From: Planctomycetota bacterium
GTDB lineage: Bacteria; Planctomycetota; PLA2
DNA length: 50,475 nt
Direction of reading: 5' to 3'
Assembly (NCBI GenBank): GCA_039182715.1
Contig: JBCDBY010000001.1
Location: 1-50,475, forward strand
The notes beneath the pieces are model-generated. The model searched no databases and was not told the origin of the DNA. It worked only from the letters and a program-made list of their open reading frames with translations. Position 1 is the stretch's first letter, and every line of letters begins with the position of its first letter. Of this stretch, positions 47,008 to 50,475 are shown in pieces. The position numbers and the translations under genes were made by a program.

Positions 47008-48445
47008 CGGACGGCACGGCGCGCCCGGCCTGGTCGTCCGCGGCGCTTGCCTCTTCGTGGTACTCGGCGTCGGTGTTGACCTTCCACGGGTCGCGGTCGT
47101 CGGTGCCGAGCAGGTTACGGGCGCTCAGCAGCGCCGCCATCATCGAGTGGTCCTGGTTGTTGTACTTGTGCATGCCGTTGCGGCCGGCCGGCGCGACGTT
47201 GGGCACCTCGGCGCGCAGCCAGTCGCGGATCGTCGCCACCGCGTCGCGATAGCCGTCGTCGTAGATCGGATACGCCTTCGGCATGCGCACGACGGTGCCG
47301 TCGCCGATCTCGGCCGCGTCGACGAGGCCGAGCTGCGCCAGCTCGCGCTTGCCGCGCGCGATCAGGTCGGCGTCGTCGGCGTCCCAGAGCTCGTCGCCCT
47401 CGAAGCAGAAGTACTCCAGCCCGAGCACGCTCGTCTCCGGATCGGCGACCATCGCCTCCGACCAGTTGCGGAAGTTCTGGATGCGGCCCATCTTCACGCC
47501 GGGGTCGTGGATGTAGATCCAGTTGTCCGGGAAGCAGTCCTTGCGGTTCACGTGCACGGCGACCAGCAGGTAGTCGCGATAGCGCAGCGAGCGCGCGGCG
47601 GCGAGCACCGCGTCGGGCGGCGCGGGGTCCATCGCCTCGACCAGCTCGCGCAGCGGCATGGAGCTGATCACCTCGCGGCAGGGGTAGACGTGCTCGGCGC
47701 CGTCGCCGTCGCGGCAGATGACGCGCTCGGCGCCTTCGCCGCGCTCGATGCGCACCACTCTTCGATCCATGTCGACCGTCGAGCCCATGCCGCGCACGCG
47801 CTCCGTGCAGGTCTCCCACATCTGCCCCGGCCCGAGTCGCGGATAGCGGAAGCGGTCGATGAGCGTCTTGATCGAGTCGCCGCTCGGCTTGAACATCGCG
47901 AGCGCCGCCTTCATCAGGCTCAAGCCCTTGATGCGCTGCGCCGCCCAGTCCGCCGAGATCTCGTCGCAGCGCATGCCCCAGACCTTCTCGGTGTAGGTCT
48001 CGAAAAACGTCGCGAAGAGCCGGTCGCCGAACCGGTTAGTGACCCAGTCCTTGAACGACACCTCCGGCCGGATGGGGCGCATGCGGCGGTAGAGGTAGCT
48101 CATCCCGCACAGGAAGCTGCGGCCCAGTCCGAGATTGCGGAGCGCGTTCCTCGGCTTGAGCGGGTAGTCGTAGAACTTGCCTTCGTAGTAGATGCGCGAC
48201 AGCCGCGGCACTTCGAGCACGTCCTCCGGCAGGATCTCCCGCCAGAGCGCTTCGATCTCACCGTTCTTGGAGAAGAACCGATGCCCGCCGATGTCGAACC
48301 GGTTGCCGCGCCACTGCACGGTGCGCGAGATGCCGCCGACGTACGCCGGGTCGCTCTCGACCACGGTGCAGGTGCGGCCCGCCTTGCCGAGTTCGTAGGC
48401 GGCCGTGAGTCCGGCGGGGCCCGCTCCGAGTATGACCGTCGACAT
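46988..48445 (-). CDS. NAD(P)/FAD-dependent oxidoreductase (amine-oxidase / UDP-galactopyranose-mutase-like fold)
   Basis: MSTVILGAGPAGLTAAYELGKAG...VVESDPAYVGGISRT...RFDIGGHRFF. The 3' end overlaps paralog 2 by 20 nt (convergent). Confidence 0.8.
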   Translation of the reverse strand: MSTVILGAGPAGLTAAYELGKAGRTCTVVESDPAYVGGISRTVQWRGNRFDIGGHRFFSKNGEIEALWREILPEDVLEVPRLSRIYYEGKFYDYPLKPRNALRNLGLGRSFLCGMSYLYRRMRPIRPEVSFKDWVTNRFGDRLFATFFETYTEKVWGMRCDEISADWAAQRIKGLSLMKAALAMFKPSGDSIKTLIDRFRYPRLGPGQMWETCTERVRGMGSTVDMDRRVVRIERGEGAERVICRDGDGAEHVYPCREVISSMPLRELVEAMDPAPPDAVLAAARSLRYRDYLLVAVHVNRKDCFPDNWIYIHDPGVKMGRIQNFRNWSEAMVADPETSVLGLEYFCFEGDELWDADDADLIARGKRELAQLGLVDAAEIGDGTVVRMPKAYPIYDDGYRDAVATIRDWLRAEVPNVAPAGRNGMHKYNNQDHSMMAALLSARNLLGTDDRDPWKVNTDAEYHEEASAADDQAGRAVPSAIRTTT

Positions 48446-48451
48446 GGCGCG

Positions 48452-49459
48452 TCAGCTTAGCCACTTGAGCAACCGAATCACGCCCATCTTCGCGGCCTGC
48501 CGATGGGCCGAGACGTTCCGGCGGGCGTGGATCTCGTCGTAGTGCGCGTCGTAGTAGTCGTACGCCCGCCCGAGGATCTCCGCGTTGTTCAACGTCGGCC
48601 GCCAGCCCATCGCCTGTTCGATGCGGTTCGTGTCGAAGACGAAGCTGCTCGTGATCATGCGGTTCTGGTAGGGCCCGAGCGGCGAGAGCCCGAGCCGGTA
48701 CGCCGCGCCCATGCCCCAACGCGTCAGTTTCTCCGGCAGGTTCGCCACGCGCGCGTCGGTGCCGGCGCGGTCGATGACCGACTGGTAGACCTCGCGCAGC
48801 GTGGGCACGTCGCGCGAGCCGACGTTGAACAGGCCGGAGCCGTCGTGGCGTGCGGCGCGTTCGCACGCGTCGGCGAGATCGTGCGCGTAGACGAACTGGT
48901 AGCGGTTGTCGCCCTTGCCGACCACCCAAACCTTGCGGCCCTCCCGGATGAAGTCGAAGAGGATGGTCAGGAGGCCGAGCCGTCCCTCGTCGATGATCGT
49001 CGGCGTGCGCAGCGACACGACGTGCATGTCGCCTTCGAAGTCGCGCAGCAGCTCCTCCGCCGCCAGCTTGGAGCGACCGTAGATCTCGATCGGCCCGGTC
49101 GGCTCCTCCTCGGTGACCGGGTGATCGTAGCTGCGGGCGTAGACGCAGTTGCTCGAAGTGAAGACGAAGCGCGGGACGCCGCGCGCCCGCGCCGCTTCCG
49201 CGAGATGGCGCGTTCCGTCGACGTTCGACTCCCAGAGGAACCCCTTGTCCTTGACCGCATGCGCGAGCATCGCCGCGCAGTGGAAGACCGCGTCGAAGGA
49301 ATGCGCGGCGAACACCGCATCGACCGCCTCGCGATCGCGCAGGTCCTGTCCGTCCTGCAGATCGAACCCGATGACCTCGTCGCCCGCGTCGCGCAGCCGC
49401 GTTGCAAGCAGTCCGCCGAAAAAACCGGCGCTGCCGGTCACCAGCACGGTGCGGCTCAT
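48452..49459 (-). CDS. NAD-dependent epimerase/dehydratase (SDR family)
   Basis: MSRTVLVTGSAGFFGGLL (GxxGxxG) and YGRSKLAAE (YxxxK). ATG 49459 is preceded by GGAGGAG. The track start at 49516 is rejected. Confidence 0.85.
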   Translation of the reverse strand: MSRTVLVTGSAGFFGGLLATRLRDAGDEVIGFDLQDGQDLRDREAVDAVFAAHSFDAVFHCAAMLAHAVKDKGFLWESNVDGTRHLAEAARARGVPRFVFTSSNCVYARSYDHPVTEEEPTGPIEIYGRSKLAAEELLRDFEGDMHVVSLRTPTIIDEGRLGLLTILFDFIREGRKVWVVGKGDNRYQFVYAHDLADACERAARHDGSGLFNVGSRDVPTLREVYQSVIDRAGTDARVANLPEKLTRWGMGAAYRLGLSPLGPYQNRMITSSFVFDTNRIEQAMGWRPTLNNAEILGRAYDYYDAHYDEIHARRNVSAHRQAAKMGVIRLLKWLS

Positions 49460-50475
49460 CGCTCCTCCTTCGGGCCGTAGAGCAGGAGGACCGTCGGATG
49501 CCGGCAGTCCGCCCACGTCGTCTCTTCCCGGTCGAGCAGGACCGCCTTCTCGCGCAGGACGGCGGCCAGCGCCGCATGTTCCGTCCGACGCTGCATCGAC
49601 AGCGGTCGTTCGTGCTCGGGCCCGGCGTCGAGCGCGTCGGGCGGCGCCGCGTAGCCCCGGCGTCGCGCGACGTACAGCCAGATCCGGCCCCCGGCGCGAA
49701 GCTGCGCGCGCAACTCGTCCGGGGTCCGTCGATCGACGTCGAGCGCGCCGCGGTAGACCTCGCCGAAGGTCCAGCGCAGATAGCCCGGGCTCGGCACGAA
49801 GAGGTCGTCGGGCCGCTCCCGCGACTCCATCGATCGCGCGAACCGCGAGTGCAGCACCACCGGCTTGCGTCGGTCGCCGCGCGCGTCATACCAGAGCGAG
49901 AAGGCGAGTAGCCCGACCCCGGCGTAGCCGAGCGCGGCCGGTTTCCAGGCGCGCTGCTCCAGCAACCGGGCGAGGAAATGGCAGGCGGGCGGCAACAGGA
50001 CGAGCGCCAGTCCGATCACGTAACGAGGCGAGTTCGGGAAGAAGCGCATCTGGCCCAGCCAGAAGAGCGTGCCGGCACCGAGGGCCGCGAGCGTGATCGT
50101 GTGATACGCGAAGGGCTCGCGCGGTGAGCGGGCGTGCCGGCGCACCAGCCAGGCGCCCGCGAGGAGGCTCACCCAGAGCACCGCACGCGCGGTGCGCTCC
50201 GCGACCTGCTGCATCGGTCCGAGGATCAGCATCGGGTCGTAGCTCGCCGCGCCGAAGATGCCGTGCGTGTCGGTGGGGCGCTGCCAGAGAAACGGCAGCC
50301 AGAGGGCGACCAGTCCGCCACCCAGGAGGCCTGCCCCCACGATTCTCGACCACGCCCGATCGCGCAGCGCCAGCACGCCGGTGCTGACCACGATGAGAGC
50401 GCCGAGCGCGTGCGTCAGCACGAGCAGGCCGGACAGCACGCCCCACGCGACCGTCCATCCCCACGTGCGCCGCAC
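49456..50475 (-). CDS. Polytopic membrane protein, C-terminal part (GT-C / ArnT-PMT family 39-like glycosyltransferase?), N-terminus beyond right edge
   Basis: Multiple TM helices (LVLTHALGALIVVSTGVLAL, IVGAGLLGGGLVALWLPFLW, VLWVSLLAGAWLV, IGLALVLLPPACHFLA, LGYAGVGLLAFSLWY) followed by a soluble tail of about 130 aa. ATGA overlap with the epimerase. The family assignment is tentative. Confidence 0.45.
   Translation of the reverse strand: MRRTWGWTVAWGVLSGLLVLTHALGALIVVSTGVLALRDRAWSRIVGAGLLGGGLVALWLPFLWQRPTDTHGIFGAASYDPMLILGPMQQVAERTARAVLWVSLLAGAWLVRRHARSPREPFAYHTITLAALGAGTLFWLGQMRFFPNSPRYVIGLALVLLPPACHFLARLLEQRAWKPAALGYAGVGLLAFSLWYDARGDRRKPVVLHSRFARSMESRERPDDLFVPSPGYLRWTFGEVYRGALDVDRRTPDELRAQLRAGGRIWLYVARRRGYAAPPDALDAGPEHERPLSMQRRTEHAALAAVLREKAVLLDREETTWADCRHPTVLLLYGPKEER

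Noticed and set aside
44061-47010. tRNA-Glu as the attachment site of a genomic island carrying the tandem paralogs.
   Set aside because: No integrase or recombinase is present, and there is no convincing direct repeat of the tRNA 3' end downstream. The best match is only GTTCGAAT at about 46993. By eye there is no compositional shift. It is kept only as a weak context note.

Overview
The window is a very GC-rich bacterial chromosomal segment (about two-thirds to 70 percent GC by eye; not computed). It is densely coding. I support about 47 protein genes, one tRNA-Glu(UUC) with a textbook intrinsic terminator, and no rRNA, CRISPR array, transposase or integrase. Many long ORFs in the six-frame track are Arg/Ala/Gly/Pro-rich shadow frames of real genes and are rejected. 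All product calls come from motif recognition only; no database search was possible.

Housekeeping blocks:
- pntAA-pntAB-pntB plus a MOSC protein
- LysR regulator, 2-hydroxyacid dehydrogenase and CobB sirtuin
- nfo, ETF-ubiquinone oxidoreductase, a DUF309 protein and a Lon-N domain protein
- an IMPase
- an octahaem cytochrome-TPR fusion with SixA
- two divergent secreted esterases

Accessory-looking blocks worth follow-up:
1. 26077-32799: a secreted LTXXQ-repeat protein, a G-tract heptamer repeat, VIT-vWA, vWA, an OmpR-type regulator and a histidine kinase.
2. 21364-25967, divergent from block 1: three secreted proteins with no domain I can recognise.
3. 11400-13825: a GbsR/MarR-like regulator, a DCC thiol-disulfide oxidoreductase, an MBOAT-like acyltransferase and twin small membrane proteins, with a repeated AT-rich operator motif.
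4. 39161-43964: a Cas4-like 4Cys PD-(D/E)XK nuclease translationally coupled to a periplasmic protein, a kinase and a REC-Fis regulator, followed by an orphan membrane-anchored solute-binding protein.
5. 6381-11144: a PilX_N-like protein with internal repeats next to a toroid-vWA-DUF3520 fusion.
6. Two related long palindromic extragenic elements, at 11142-11315 and 32892-33114.
7. 44113-47007: tandem paralogous membrane-anchored proteins after the tRNA.

Two recurring themes: 4-nt start/stop overlaps (ATGA, GTGA, TTGA) inside operons, and TAnnnT hexamers 6-9 nt upstream of the first start codon of transcription units, which suggests leaderless mRNAs.
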